Source of the DNA: Lytechinus pictus
Lineage: Eukaryota
DNA: 64,000 nucleotides
Direction: 5' to 3'
NCBI RefSeq assembly: GCF_037042905.1
Contig: NC_087245.1
Location: 34,722,001-34,786,000, forward strand
The notes under the pieces are model-generated. The model made no database searches. It saw nothing but the letters and a program-made list of their open reading frames with translations, and was not told the DNA's origin. Shown here piece after piece: positions 11,890 to 25,805 of the stretch. How positions within the stretch are numbered: position 1 is the stretch's first letter; each line of letters begins with the position of its first letter. The position numbers and the translations under genes are program-made.

Positions 11890-13050
11890 AACATCCACAC
11901 CTTACTTATTAACACTCTGACTAGTTTAGGTGTTCAGGGCAAGGCCCTACAATGGCTGAAATCTTATCTCTCATTCCATTCACAGTCAGTCCTAAATGGT
12001 GTTACCTCTTCATCTACGCCATTGGTGCGGCGTCCCCCAGGGCTCTGTTGGAGGGCCCACTGTGTTTCCATTTATTTAACAGGGCTTCGAGATATTTTCA
12101 AACGTCACTCTGTTCACTATCATTATATGCAGATGATATTCAGATTTTCTTTTAATTTTTACCCAATCAAACTAGTGCCACACAAGCCCTGTGTAATCTT
12201 GAAAGATGCATAATGGACATTGACACTTTGTTGAAGTCAAACTTGTTACTTTTAAACCATAGTAAAAGTGAGTTTTTAGTTTTTGGCTCAAAGTTTCAAC
12301 TTTGATTCCATTTCTATCTCAGGCAATGACATCCCCTTTCAAAATCATGTCGCAATCTTGGAGTTATTTTTTATTCTCACATGTCCATGTCCAACCAGAT
12401 TACAGGCATTTGCAAATCAGCTCGTTATCAATTGCGCAACATTGGCTTCATAAGAAAATATCTCACTCGCTCAGCAACAGAGAAACTGGTACATTCACTC
12501 ATTTCCTCATGATTCGATTTTGGTAATAGTCTCCTTTACAACTTACCAGATTCTCATCTTGGGAAATTGCAAAGGTTGCAAAATACAGCTGCGCGTATTG
12601 TAACTCTACATTGTATCTAGCAAGCGCAGCCACATAACCCTTATATTGAAAACTCTTCACTGGTTGCCCCTGAAGGAACGCATAGTCTTTAAAATCCTTC
12701 TTTTGATTTTTCATACACTCAATGGAACTTCCCCCAATTACAATAAATCTTTGATGCATAATTACCAACCCTCAAGAAATTTATGATCCTCATCTAATCT
12801 CTTACAAATTCCAGTTGCTAAGAAATCATGCTGGGCCTAACCTGTAGAATTTTCTTCCACAGAGTTTGAAAACCCAGACTTCAGTGACCACCTTTAAGGG
12901 CAACCTGAAAACAAAGCTGAGTGCTTTTTGATAGACATTGACCTATTGTTCAGACATGTATTATATGTAAATAGTTTTTGTTCTGCTCTGAAGCACCTTG
13001 AGCATCTAATCAAGATGGAAAGTGCGCTATACAAATCTCATTTATTATTA
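11890..13050 (+). mobile_element. Degenerate L2/CR1-clade LINE 3' fragment
   Basis: Frameshifted RT motifs (GKALQWLKSYL, YADD, LHWLP-like); 3' end GCGCTATACAAAT...(TTA)n. Confidence 0.8.
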
Positions 13051-13474
13051 TTTTTATCTTTGTCGCATTACCAATGGGAAGATCTCCATAGCATTAGTGA
13101 TCGCAATATTCAAGTGCTCATGACTTTCTCATTATTTGTCCGATTTTTCTCAAATTTTCTTTGTTCTTATTCTTTGATTTATGTTTCCACACAAGTCCAC
13201 ATGTTCCAAAGGGGCAATTCCATGAAATATTCAACCATTTTGTACGTCCGACCCCCATTTTTCCTTTTCTTACTGCACTTTATAAACTGACCAAGTCATG
13301 GTCATCTGACAGCTTTACAGACTGTTATAAGAACCAGAAATCAGAGACAGAAAATTTCATGAAGGTCTCACATACATGGGGTCGGATGTACATATTTTAT
13401 GGAATTGCCCAAAAGGTTTCATTCCCCTTTATGTCATACATCAATCTTTGCGGAACAGCATGCAGTTATTGTAC

Positions 13475-13625
13475 CTTGAAACCTGACTTTAATGAGATCT
13501 AGCGGATGAAGGACCATGGTCGAAAGAACGCCACCACTGATGCCTGCCACGAGATGCTCATACTTCAACTGAGAGAAGAGTGAGGATGCCTGCTTCTGGA
13601 TGTTCTCTGATGCTGCTGCCGCCAT
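13475..13625 (-). CDS. SLC25A32: SLC25A32 coding exon 1 (exon including 5'UTR probably starts at 13678)
   Basis: ATG at 13625; [11 protein letters not shown]...[28 protein letters not shown] with the first carrier motif PLDLIKVR; donor AAG|gtacaa; upstream acceptor cactcag at 13679. Confidence 0.93.
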
Positions 13626-16600
13626 TGTTTATCTGGTGTCACTCAGATCAATCGGCAACTCCACAATGGCAAGATTGCCTGAGTGAGATGATGTAAAAGA
13701 CAATCATTATGAATAGCAACACGGCATGAAATCAACAGTTGTTTTTCTTTCAATTTTATGCCTTTCTTTCATCTTTTGTTTTGTTTTCCTTTTTTTCTTT
13801 TCTTTTCTTTTCGCACGTTTCTTGACTATTTTAATTCCCCCTTATTTTTAACCCAATATTGCAACTAGCATGTCTAGCCTCAGAGTGGATTTATTTTTCT
13901 GACTAAACATAAACAAAATTAAAGAATTGAACACATTGACGATGAAAATTTGTCAGAATTAATTTTAGTTAGGCAGAGGCCAGTAGCTACTTTTCCTCAC
14001 CTTGCTAAATCATGTCTTAATTAAATAAATATGCCCGGGGGCCACTTCTAAAATAAAAACGAGAAAAAGGATCTCTTTTACATGATAGGGCATGTTACAT
14101 ACTTAAAGTAATAAAGGTGTCAAAAACACTAAAAGAATGAAAAAAAGGGTATACATTTTGCTAGGAAAACTAAAGTAATAAAGGTGTCAAAAACACTAAA
14201 AGAATGAAAAAAAAAAGGGTATACATTTTGCTAGGAAAACATTGGCCCGAATTCACAAAGGTGGTTTTGAAAACCCACGGTTGAATCCATGGTTTATGCA
14301 GATTTCCTGTATAAATTACACTTAATTTATCGCGTATCGGGCGCGTGTATAAAAAATGTCCAATGCTGATGCGCTCTTTTGTCACAGTGCGCCAAGTTGA
14401 CGCCTGTTGCCATGGTTATCCACGCTATTTTATTCATGAGTCCACTATTCAAACAGTGGACTCATGAATAAAATAGCGTATATAACCATGGTAACGGGCC
14501 ATTGTGTTTACGGTCCAATATGCGAGGGTATAAAAAGACTAAAATACTTTATAAATGTACTTTTTGCCCTAACACTACGTGTTTAGGGTCCGATTTGAGC
14601 GGGTTGTTGTGGGGTGGTACTAAACCAAATGAAAGTAAAGGTAAAGCCAACGTCCGTTATCTCGTCCGTCTCACCACAGATACCTGTTTCCGGTGATGCT
14701 TCTATTTCAAAGCTCCTAGATCCAGCGATAGTAGTCTCTTCCCCCCCTGACACTAAATATTTTTTCTCTATTTTTATATGCAAGAATAATTATTGTAGTG
14801 CCATCAGCGTAATTTATTCTATAATAAACTCTATCTTGTCGTATCCTGAAACGAAATATGATGCTTTTTTTTGGGGGGGGGGAGGGTTTGCTTCTTCTCT
14901 TGATCATTCTCTGTACTATCATTGTTATTTATATTATATTATTTTCATTAATTTTTCATATTGTTGTAGAATGTTCATTTTCATCAACATATCACTTTTG
15001 TAAACCCCCATTTTGTACCGCCCTAGATTAATATGGGTGAAGGGAGAAATATGATAATGAAAAGGGGCAAGGAACTCAAGTGATAAAACAAAACATAATT
15101 TCCCATTTTTTTTTATTGAGTTTCTTTTTATTTATTATTCATTTTTAGGGGCACATAGACCCATGCCCCTCCCCCTTGAAAGCTATAGAAAATCTTTGTT
15201 TGGCATTTATTTTTGTTGGGATAATTTGTAAAAATTGTTAATTTCATTTGATTGTAAACCTTTGTTTGGATTTGAAATCAAATAAAGTGAAAATTTAAAG
15301 TTCATATTGTGAAGCGAGGATCTCTTTTTTAATTGTCAAATTATTAGTGACACAAATCAGCTTCAATGGAACCTTATTTTTTCTGTAAAAAAGGTCACTC
15401 TCCCCCTTGAAAAATCTGGATCTGCCCCTGAATAGGCCTTCGTGGTAAGAGGGTTTTTTTACTGAAAATCCTCTATGTTTGGATTTGAAATCACTGAAAA
15501 TAAACTTGAAACTTCATACTCACTGTAAAGCGAGGATCTTTTATATTAATTGTCAATTCGTGACATAAATCTCCTTCACAGGGGGGGGGGGCTTGTTATT
15601 TTTTCTGTAAAAGAAGCCCCCCCCCTCCCAGGATTCACCCCTGATTAGACCCACGGTAAAGTTCGTTATTCTGAACTTCTGTCACGTCAGGTTCATTAAT
15701 CAGAAAAGAATAAGAAGCTTCTTCATGTTCTTCATCAAGAGTCCCATAACAGAAATTGATTTTTGTTGTTGAAATAATTGACTTTTTTCTTTATTTTATC
15801 TAATTCATACAATGACTACAAAAGGTGTTTCATGTTTTCTAACAAAATCAGCAAGCGCTTGGCACTCAAATTAGATGAGTATGGTGAGATATGTATTCTC
15901 TTATTTGATTTCTAAAAAATAGTCCTTAAACTGTCTCTGTTTGGGGTCAATAAATACAAAAATTTCAGCTCGCGCTTTGCGCTCGCATTGTTTGTTTAGC
16001 GAGACAGATACGTATTTTTATTTTTTATTTAATAGCTTATTTTTACCCTTTTTAGGTATGAATTTCAAAAATATTCAGCTCGCGCTTCGCGCTCGCATCA
16101 TTTGATCAGTGAGATACATTACATATCCGTTTAATGGCACAGTCCTTAAAATGTCTCTATATAAGGTCAATAGGCCTATACCTGGTAATTGAGCGCGCTT
16201 TGCGCGCTCACTGAGCGACTCAAAATTTTTGCTGGTGCCCCCCCAATGCCGTGACCCACGGTACGCCACTGACCTTGGCAGCAAATAAAAATGTGATAAG
16301 GAGATTCCTCATGAAAAATTTCCCCTTTTCACCGTCTACTTTTGTTTTGATAAGGATTTTTGTTGTCAATCACACACAAAACAAATGGGCTTCTGACCTC
16401 AGTGAGACAAAATTTTGGGTGGAAAAAATCATGCTTTTGTTGGTGTTGTTTCTTTTGTCCTTTTGCAAAGCAAATCTCCAATGTGGGAGATTGTCTCCCC
16501 TATTGGAGAGTCTCCCATATTGGCCGTGCACCTCTACTGTGTGTAGCCTTCTTTGTTGATCTTTTTTTATTAAGACCTGGCTCCGTCGATCCGCTCATGC

Positions 16601-17264
16601 AGCGTACTTTGTAGAATGTCCCGTATTTCATTTTGTGAAATCTGGTCACCCTGAGCTTCACGTAGAGAAATCATTGAGTTTTTATTCGTTTTTTTTTAAA
16701 TATGATATCGATGACTTAGAATGGCCTTTCCATCAAAAAACAGTTTTAAATTTAATTAACCTTGTTCATTGAATGAGTGATGATTAGTATCATTAGTTAA
16801 AGTTTGCATTAATTTGCAATGCTTTGGGCGAGTGATGGGGGGGGGGAATGGGCAATGTATATTTTCACAATTGGACCATATGCTGCCAAGAACGGGGTAA
16901 GACTAGATGAGACAACCTCGTTCGTAGGACGAGTGCCACAAATTAAAATCCACACTCCACGCACAAAATAATCTGTCTCCGTAAGACCTCCTCATTTACT
17001 TAACCCCAACGCCAGCGCGCTAAGGTGTCCATTCTCTCCCATCATCTTACTCTTGTACTTAGGCTTAGAAGCAGAGCCCGAGGCGCCGAGGCAGAAGGAA
17101 GAATAAAGAGACAGCCAATAACTTACACAAATATTAATATGTGGGACAAGAATTGTATTACGTAAATAAAAAAAATACAAATCACGCGTTACACTTATTG
17201 TTACAGGCGATTTAGTCAAAGTTGAGAAGGTTAAAAAAGAAGGGACTTAATTCGTTCTACTTAC

Positions 17265-17467
17265 CAAAAATTTAGTTGTTCGTCAACTTACAGTACAACT
17301 GAGCTGAGGTATAAAAAGTTGTTTACCATACGGCATACCGTGCATACGACTTACGAGATCACCGCCCACCACTCTGCATATATATCACGCATGGTCCATG
17401 CATGGAGCTAGCTAGCCAGCCGAAACGGTGCAGGTGCGGGCACCAACGAACGTAGAGGGCTGCAACA
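17265..17467 (-). promoter_or_regulatory. SLC25A32: Putative promoter and non-coding first exon of SLC25A32
   Basis: Locally CpG-rich; G|GTAAGT donor at 17264, with further GTAAGT at 17291 and 17354; shared motif at 17445-17467. Confidence 0.55.
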
Positions 17468-17730
17468 CACAGCTAGCAGTGTTGCTATATTAGTATTAGG
17501 AACTTTGAACTTTATTGAAAGAACGCCTTAATTTTGGCCCTGTTCATCCAAAGACTATGCTAAATTAATTGGAAAAGATGATGTTTTCATTTGACATTTG
17601 AACATAAGAAGTGCTAACCAAAACTTCGAGAAATTTCGATTATCATTAGAAAATATGCAGTTTGCCAATCATTGCTCACTGAAACCTGGTTCACGGAAAC
17701 TCCAAATTCCCTATGCACCCTCCCGAATTG

Positions 17731-19270
17731 TTAATAATAAAAATAATATATGGATTTATAGAGCGCAGAAACTATTCCATAAAGTATATATTCTACTGCG
17801 CTTTATGGGACTCCTAAAATGCTTGTTATTGATTAAATAGATGTGTTTTGAGCTTTGATTTACAGTTGTTTACAGATGGTGCTTTCGTAACTTCCAGGGG
17901 TAGGTTATTCCAGAGATTGGGGGCTACACAAGCAAATGCTCGATCACCTAGTGTTACTTTTGTTTTAATGGATGGAATCTGACAAAGCAGAGGATCCACT
18001 GAAATGCGCAAATTGCGACCATGATTACTGGTTTACCTCGATAATTCTGTAATGTAGCCAGGAGCTTGACCAAGAAGTGCTTTGTATACAATAAGTAAGA
18101 CTTTGAATGCTATTCTCTGCTGTACTGGCAACCAATGTAGGTTTCTTAGTAGTGATGCGTGCATATTTTGTACAACCACATGTGATTTGCACCCTATGCA
18201 ATTTCAATAATTGAGAGTCAGGGATCCCATACAGTAGACATTTTTACCGAAACGTTTCTAGCAAGTGAGAATGGTCTCAATGGTGTCAAATGCACTGCTC
18301 CGTCAGATCCATTAAAAGTAAAAGGGTGACTTTCTGAGAATCCATAGCCATTAACAGATCACTTTTTATTCTTAGCAGTGCAGTTTCAGTGCTGTAGAAT
18401 TGTTTATATGCAGATTCGAGTACATGGCAAAAGAGAGTTGCGTCTAAGATGTTCTATAATCTGTTGGGTACATGTAGCTCCACCCTCGACCAACTTTGAT
18501 ATGTATTTCAGATTGCTTACAGGTCGTAAGTTCTAAAAGTCTGCATCAAGGACGGGTTTTTTCAATAACAGGAGTGATAAGAGCATTTTTCCATATTGGA
18601 AAGTGACCGGTCGAGAGAGATTGATCAATGATGTGAACACAGGAATGAGTACATCGACACATTGGAGTTTTGTGGGTATAGGATCTAATGAGCATGAATT
18701 TTTGCTGAGGTATTGGCAATGAGTTTTTCAACTTCGTACTCAGAAAGAGATTTAATATTGCTTAAAATATCTACTTCGTTGAAAGTGTCATCAGGAGGAT
18801 CATTCCTGGGATCACAGATTGCATCTAGATGTGTTTCAATATTCTTTTGGATTTTCAAGACTTTGTCAGAAAAGTGATTACCTAGGTCATCGACGAATTC
18901 ATGTTTATCAATAGTACATGGTATCGAAGGTTGCTTATTTGACATGTTCACCATTGACTTGACAACACTGAAAAGCTTCTTTTGATTATCCTTGTTTTCC
19001 AGGATGAGATCTCTGTGGTATATTGTGTACGAGTTTTGTTCAGAAGTTGCAGTGTCGCATTTCGAACTGACTTATATTTGTCCCAATCATTAGCAGCCCT
19101 AGTCCTTAGCCAATGCATTTCAGTTTTTCTCCTTTTCCTTTTTTCTATCCTCACACCGTTAGTATACCACGGTACTTGAGGGCGTACAGCTACCCGTTTG
19201 GTAACACCAGGAGCATGTTTCTCTAAAATATTACTAGGTGTGACATCATATAAGATGCTTATTCAGTTAG
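17731..19270 (-). mobile_element. Degenerate L2-like LINE
   Basis: ORF pieces LGDRAFACVAPNLWNNLP...KSKLKTHLF, WKNALITPV, HFSDKVLKI; tail GCGCTCTATAAAT...(TTA)n at ~17731-17766. Confidence 0.85.
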
Positions 19271-19282
19271 ATCACCAGGTGT

Positions 19283-21868
19283 GTGCTTACAAAGCTCATT
19301 ATTAGCTATGTCTGCATTGTTAAAAATAATATGAAAAACAAAATTGGTGGGGGACTAGCAATATATATTCCATCTTCATTTGATTATGCAATTAGACATG
19401 AATTTGAAAATATGAATATCATTGAATCCTTATTTGTAGAAGTAAATATAAAAAAAGATGAGAAATTTCTAATAGGTGTTATCTACAGACCTACGCAAAC
19501 TTCTTGTATAGAGGAGTTTTTACTTGCTACTAATGAACTTTTGCAAAACGGTGAATTGCCAAATAATTGTATCATCACTGGTGATTTCAATATCAAACTT
19601 TTGACTAGTAATCACTCTTTAACAAATTACTTCCTTGAATTAATGTTATCCTCTACTTTTTTGCCTGTTATTTCCAGACCAACCCGTATTATTGATCATT
19701 CTGCTACGTTTATAGATAACATATTCTGTAACTCTCAGCCTCTTCCGGAAGCTGGTATTGTTAGTTAAGACAGACGTGTCTGATCATTTTCTTATTTTTA
19801 CCCATTTCCAAACAAAAAATGGAAAAGAAATATAGAATCTGTCGCAACTTTTGTGATGAAAATATTGAACGCCTCCAAGAAGGCTTAAGCTCTACTGATT
19901 GGTCTGATGTTTATAAATGTTGATGACTCATTTGAAATATTTTTGAATTCTTTCAATGACTGCTTTATTAGATTCATGTTTCCTTTAAGGAAATATTGAA
20001 ATTACAAATATAAACGTGTTCCAAAACTCCCATGGGTTTCAAAATTGATCGGAAAAATAATCTGTATGTTTCTTATAGATCAAATCCAAATGATTTTTCA
20101 CAGAAAAGATATACGTCTTATGAAAATACCTTAACAACTACTCTCCGTTTAGCCAAAAGGAGATTTTAAACAGAAAAATAAAAACGATCTTAGATATACA
20201 TGGAAAACTATAAATGGGGCTCTAAACAAAATTAGCAAATCTAGTGCTGTTAATAAATTATGTGTAGATTGAACTGTGGTTGAAGATACTCTACTATAGC
20301 CAGTGAATTTAATACATATTTCTCTCAAATTGGCCCAAAGTTAGCTGGAAATATTATGCCCGTAGAAAATTCTTTTAAAGGGGAATCCAACCCAAATAAA
20401 AATTTGTTTTTATAAGAAAAAGAAAAATCAGACAAGTTGATAGGTGAAAGTTTGGACAATATTGGACAAACAACAAGAAAGTTATGAATTTTTAAAAGTT
20501 GTAAATATTGGTAATCACTATACCCATGGAGACTTCAAATTGGCCGCATATGGGATGTCATAGTGATGTAAGGCAAGGACTACTCTTCCATGTACTCCAG
20601 TACATATTATGGCTAAAATGTCATTTTTCCCAAAAGTTTTATTTCAAATTATATTTTTCTTTCATGAGGACATAAAACAATATAGTACCTGGGTTATATT
20701 TAGATTACTGCCCCAGGGGAATGGGTACTTAGGAGAAAACCACAAATCCCTGATAATAAAGTACATGGCCTATGGGAAAGTTGTCCTTGCCCCTTGTCAT
20801 AATTTGCTTACCCAGTTGCCAATTTGAAATCTACATACTATTAATGATCTCAATTTTAAAGCAGCTATAACTTTCTTATTGCTTGTCCGATTTCTTTCAA
20901 ACTTTCACCATTCTGTTTAATTTATTTTTCTCCTTCCCGACACTACATTTTATGGCCAAGGCTGGATTCCCCTTTAAGGACTTTTTGGATGAACAAAATG
21001 AGAATTCAATATTTCTTACTCCAGTTCATAGACAAGAATAACTTGAGATTGTATCTAATTTGAAGGTAGAAAAAACTACTGGTTATGATAGCATTACAAA
21101 TAGAGTTGTGAAAAACATTATACTTTCTCTCGCTGATCCTCTGCTTCATATATTTAATTTATCATTGCAGCTTGGCCAGGTCCCAAAGAAGATGAAAATA
21201 GCTAAAGTTATACCCATTTTCAGAAAGGGAGACCAATTAATTACTAGTAATTACCGCCCAAAATCTTTGTTAACTTCGTTCTCAAAAATTCTTGAAAGGA
21301 CAGTTGCTTTCTTTCAAAAATATAGTATCATATCATATTCCGTTTTAGAGAAAAGCATAATACAACTCATGCTATTTTGACATTAATAGATAAAATATCT
21401 ACTTTTGAAAATTCTGATCATGACATACCGTAGGGTTGTTCCTTGACTTCTTGAAAGCATTCGATACAATAGATCATGAAATACTTTATATAAGCTATCA
21501 AATTACGGTATCAGAGGGACAACTTTACAATGGTTCAGGAGTTATCTTACTCATAGAATTCAGTTTGTTAGGGTAAATGAATCAGGTCAGTTGCATGTCA
21601 AATTGTTTATACCTATATTAATTTATAAAATTTTGCTGATTATTTTACTATATTCATTATCATATATTACCCTTGTATATAATTTTGATAGGGGGTCTAC
21701 ATCTTACAAGCTTTGCTTTTTAGTAGGCCCCTCCACTTTTTTTCATTTTATCGGTACGTTTCAAAACTGCACATGCAGATGTTGTATATTTCTACTATAA
21801 ATGATTTATTATGAAATGTACTTTTAGAATTTGTGGAATATGAATATTTGAATAAATAAATTAATAAA
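19283..21868 (+). mobile_element. Degenerate CR1/L2-clade LINE (APE endonuclease plus N-terminal RT), interrupted by a MITE
   Basis: APE motifs GGGLAIYI, GVIYRP, TGDFNI, IDNIF; RT-adjacent motifs KIAKVIPIFRKG, NYRP, KAFDTIDH; AATAAA-rich tail. Confidence 0.85.
20379..20973. mobile_element. Kolobok/T2-type MITE inserted in the LINE
   Basis: TTAA TSD at 20375-20378 and 20974-20977; TIR AGGGGAATCCA / TGGATTCCCCT. Confidence 0.85.
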
Positions 21869-22186
21869 ACCCCAACCCCTGACCCTAACCCACACCCATA
21901 ACCCTAACCCTTTATACGTGGGCAGGCAAGACAGCGGGCAGCCAATGGCCGTCTTGCCAAGCTGTCCCGCCACATGAGCAATATTAAATTCAACATGAAT
22001 TAAATGTATTTTCTTTAAAAATAGCTTTGTAATGTTAACCTACGCCTATAAATACAGCTTAGCTGATGAAAGAAATTAGCCAATGGAAAGTGACAAATAC
22101 AAGAAATTACTCATTGACAAGTCATTCATCTATTCATTGTTTTAATCATGCCGAAAGGAGACAAACAATGTGTACAACAGGGTGAT

Positions 22187-22192
22187 TTTATT
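22187..22192 (-). terminator. Candidate poly(A) signal for STT3A
   Basis: First AATAAA I found on the minus strand after the stop (~1.2 kb), with an ATTAAA at 22141-22146. Confidence 0.3.
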
Positions 22193-23425
22193 ACATCCCA
22201 ATAACCATTAAATCCAAATATCCTCACAGATCACATAGAATCAGGATCAATGCTGGTTCTAAACTTCCAAAGAAAATATAATAACTGATTATGCCATTAC
22301 CATGGTAATGCAGTTTCCAACACATTTAGAAAATGAAATTTGCCTGTCTTTACCACCAGATGAATATTTGTTCCAAATTTCATGAGCACTGGCTAAAAAC
22401 TGGGGAAGTAGTTCGATCCATAACGAGTCTCCCTGGATTTTTTTCCATATGTTATTACCATGGCAACACAAGTCTAATAAATGTCAAGAATGTGTCTAGC
22501 CCCAACTTTACTCCAAGATTTGCGAGCCAAATTTTAAGATAATGTTAAAAACTGATGAAAAGGTTCAAACTGCAAGATTTTTACCAAATATTCACCATAG
22601 TATACCATTCCATCAACAACACAGTTTCCGGTACATGTTAAACATGTCTTGCAATCTTGACCTAAAGATCAATGTGTGATTAAATTTCATGAGAATCAGT
22701 AAAAAACAGTGAATTTGAACTGCAAGATTTTAAACCAATTTTTACCATATATGTTGCTACCATGACAACACACAGAAAAATGTCTTGCACATCTTTACTT
22801 CAAGACCAATGTGTGTGCCAAATTTTATGAGAAATGGCTAAGAACTGAGGAAGTTCGAACAAGAGATTTTTACCTACTTTTTATCATTCCGTTACCATGG
22901 TAACACAATTGCAGACATGTGCGAAAAATGGGCCTTGCACATCTGAAAATTGGAACATATATTTGTTTTGGTGTAAACCAGAACTGGTTAGAAATTGAAA
23001 AGAAGTTTTCCAATGGACCAACGAATCGCCCGATCACCAAACCGACCAACCTACCATATGCCGATCCCTACATTCCCTTGTAAAATTGTTTGGCAGAAGT
23101 ATAGAAAACAAAACAAACGAAAAAACCCAAAATATGGACATGCTGTACAGCTATGGAATGATGCTCAGGACTGTTTTTGATGACCTCTACTTTATAATGC
23201 TTATATTTCTACAAATTTTTTCAGACTTTGGATGTATCATCCTCAACAGATTTCTTCACCTTTTTTTTCCATCTATGAATTGATTGAACAGTGACTATTG
23301 TTATTTTCTAAAAATATGATTTCTACATGATATACATGTCCAAATGGGGAGTTGAAATCACTGAAAAAAATGAATATTTCGGAAGTGGTAACTATGATGT
23401 ACTATACTATTTGACCTATACCAAA

Positions 23426-23571
23426 CTATAACCCCCTATTCTCTAAATCTTTTACTTTGTAGATTCTGACAAGCCAATGCTCAGTGGTATAAGCTTCCTC
23501 CAGTACATCCAGCTCAAAATCTTTGTTTCCAATCTCTGTGTTGCGCACCCTGTCGTATCCAGTGGGCTTGC
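23426..23571 (-). CDS. STT3A: Oligosaccharyltransferase catalytic subunit STT3A, coding exon 15 (last)
   Basis: catcaag acceptor; (G)[47 protein letters not shown] then stop; STT3A-type C-terminus. The 15 exons sum to 2133 nt (710 aa + stop). Confidence 0.95.
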
Positions 23572-23770
23572 CTTGATGGTGGAAGAGAAAATAAGAAAAC
23601 ATCATCATGATATGGGATTTTCAACTTGCATATTTGTATTTTGTGGCTCCTTGTCTTTCCATTCAGATAGCATGGGAGAGGTTTAGAGTTTACCATATTG
23701 TTAGTCACGAAAAGGACTGTTGGTGGCGAAAGAGAAAGATGAATGTGAGAAGTATTTTTTGTGGTGTGTA

Positions 23771-24021
23771 TAAAGACTACAAATCGGGGGGGGGGGGGGG
23801 GGGGTGTTTCACAAAGAGTTAAGTGCGACTTAAGTCATGCTTAAACGCCAACACATAAAGTAAAGACTACAAACCAGGAGTGTGTTTCACAAAGAGTTAA
23901 ATGCGACTTAAGTCATGCTTCAACGCCAACACATAAAGTAAAGACTACAAACCAGGAGTGTGTTTCACATAGAGTTAAGTGTGACTTAAGTCGTGCTTAA
24001 ACGCCAACACATAGAGTAAAG
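23771..24021. repeat. Tandem repeat, ~78-bp unit x3
   Basis: TAAAGACTACAAA...GTGTTTCACAAAGAGTTAAGTGCGACTTAAGTCATGCTTAAACGCCAACACATA starts at 23771, 23861 and 23939. Confidence 0.85.
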
Positions 24022-24136
24022 GGATGTATCCCAGTTATTGAAGTAAATCACATTTTTAGTTTATATCATTCACACATCCGTTTTGGGGCACTAGCATAAT
24101 ACCATCCAGTAAAGATTTGGAATGTTGGGTGATTTA

Positions 24137-25805
24137 AGTTATGGAAAAAGTTATGGAAAAAGTAGTACACGACCAGTTGATGCATTATATAACAAACAAT
24201 GATATTTTAACTCCGTGTCAATCCGGCTTTAGACCCAAACACTCAACGCAAACTGCATTGATAAATGTAACAGATCAATGGCTTTCTTCAATTGACAAAG
24301 GGGAATTAACTGGCTTGGTTATGATTGATCTAAAAAAGGCCTTCGACACGGTGGACCATTCGATCCTGTTGGAAAAAATGAAAATGTATGGATTTGATCA
24401 TCACACCACTGAATGGTTTAAAAATTATTTATTTCATAGACAACAGTATACGTGTATTAATGGTATATCATCTCTTACAAGGCAGGTTAACTGCGGTGTG
24501 CCACAAGGCTCATTGTTAGGGCCCGTATTATTCTCATTATATATAAATGACCTACCTGATAAATTACACTGTAAAGTGTCTCTTTACGCGGACGATACAT
24601 GTATATTTTATTCTTCAAAAAATCCCGAAGTCATAAAAAATAAGCTGAATGTAGATTTATCAACTATTTCATCTTGGCTAAAAGATAACAAATTAATCAT
24701 TAACACCACTAAGTGTGAAACCATGTTTATTGGTTCAGCCCAGAGGCTTAAGAAGAATGAGACCGAACTTAATAGATGCAATGTATGTATTGATGACTGT
24801 GAAATAAAAAGAGTTCATGTTTGTAAATATTTAGGCATATATATTGACGAGTCTCTACTCTGGAATGATCATGTCCAGTCTCTACGTAAGAAAGTTATTA
24901 AAAGCCTATATCTCCTTAGAAGAATTCGTCACTACATTGATAAAAAAACTGCTCTCTTATATTACAAAAGTATCATCCAGTCTCAATTTGATTACTGTAG
25001 TACGGTTTGGGGTAATACGGGTAAAAACAATTCTAAACAACTGCAAATTTTGCAAAATAGGTCCCTTCGGTCAGTCCTTAAAGTTGACCATATGTATCCC
25101 ACTAAAGTATTGTATAATACCCTAAAATTTGATAATCTTGAAGACCGTAGATCAAAACAGTTGGCTCTTTCTATGTATCGTGCCGTCTACAAACTTGCTC
25201 CTGATTATATTTGCAATACATTTTCCATTCGTAACACACCCTATAATACCAGATCTGGAAAAACCCAATTAAGGTTAATACATCCAAAGACGAATTATGG
25301 TAAAAGATGCTTCGTCTACCGAGGTGCCCAAATATGGAACTCTATTGAAAAGAAAATTCCCCCTTGTATCACTTTATATTCCTTTAAAACACATCTTAAA
25401 AACATGCTCATCCCCCCTCATCCTGATTATTGTTGTTAGCAACGCCTGCATCATTTTCCCTCCTCATTTTAATCCCTTTGCCCCTGCTTGAGTTTAGGTT
25501 TTCTTTAAGTTATTTTACTATTGGTTTACATTTTTTTTTTTTTTTTTTCTTTTAGTCCCATTTTGCTTTTATATATATTTTGCTTTTATTATCATATTGT
25601 ATTTTGTTTCTTTCGCCATTATTGTATGTTCTTATGATTTATGTCATATGATTTTGTGCTTGTGCTTTTGTCATTACCATGGTTGATTGTATATTGTACA
25701 TTTTTATTGTTGTGTGTATGGACCCCTACGAAAAACAGCACTTGCTGATAGGGTGTTCCATCCCACAAGTGGTAAATAAATAAATAAAATAAATAAAAAT
25801 AAAAA
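24137..25805 (+). mobile_element. 5'-truncated CR1/L2-clade LINE with an uninterrupted RT ORF (24141-25439, 432 aa)
   Basis: Motifs QSGFRPKHST, DLKKAFDTVDH, GVPQGSLLGP, YADD, KYLGI; 3'UTR and (TAAA)n tail; antisense within the last STT3A intron. Confidence 0.92.

Noticed and set aside
14406..14494. Long hairpin as a pre-miRNA
   Set aside because: It lies at the centre of a palindromic MITE-like insertion within another repeat; nothing supports a miRNA.
19283..19768. Stand-alone endonuclease gene
   Set aside because: It is the APE domain of a decayed LINE, followed by stop-riddled ORF2 sequence.
23572..23574. Unusual AAG acceptor of the last STT3A exon as a sign of mis-annotation
   Set aside because: AAG is a permitted minor acceptor with a good pyrimidine tract, and it gives the conserved frame.
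23771..24021. CRISPR-like array
   Set aside because: Whole units are repeated with no unique spacers, there are no cas genes, and the context is a eukaryotic intron.
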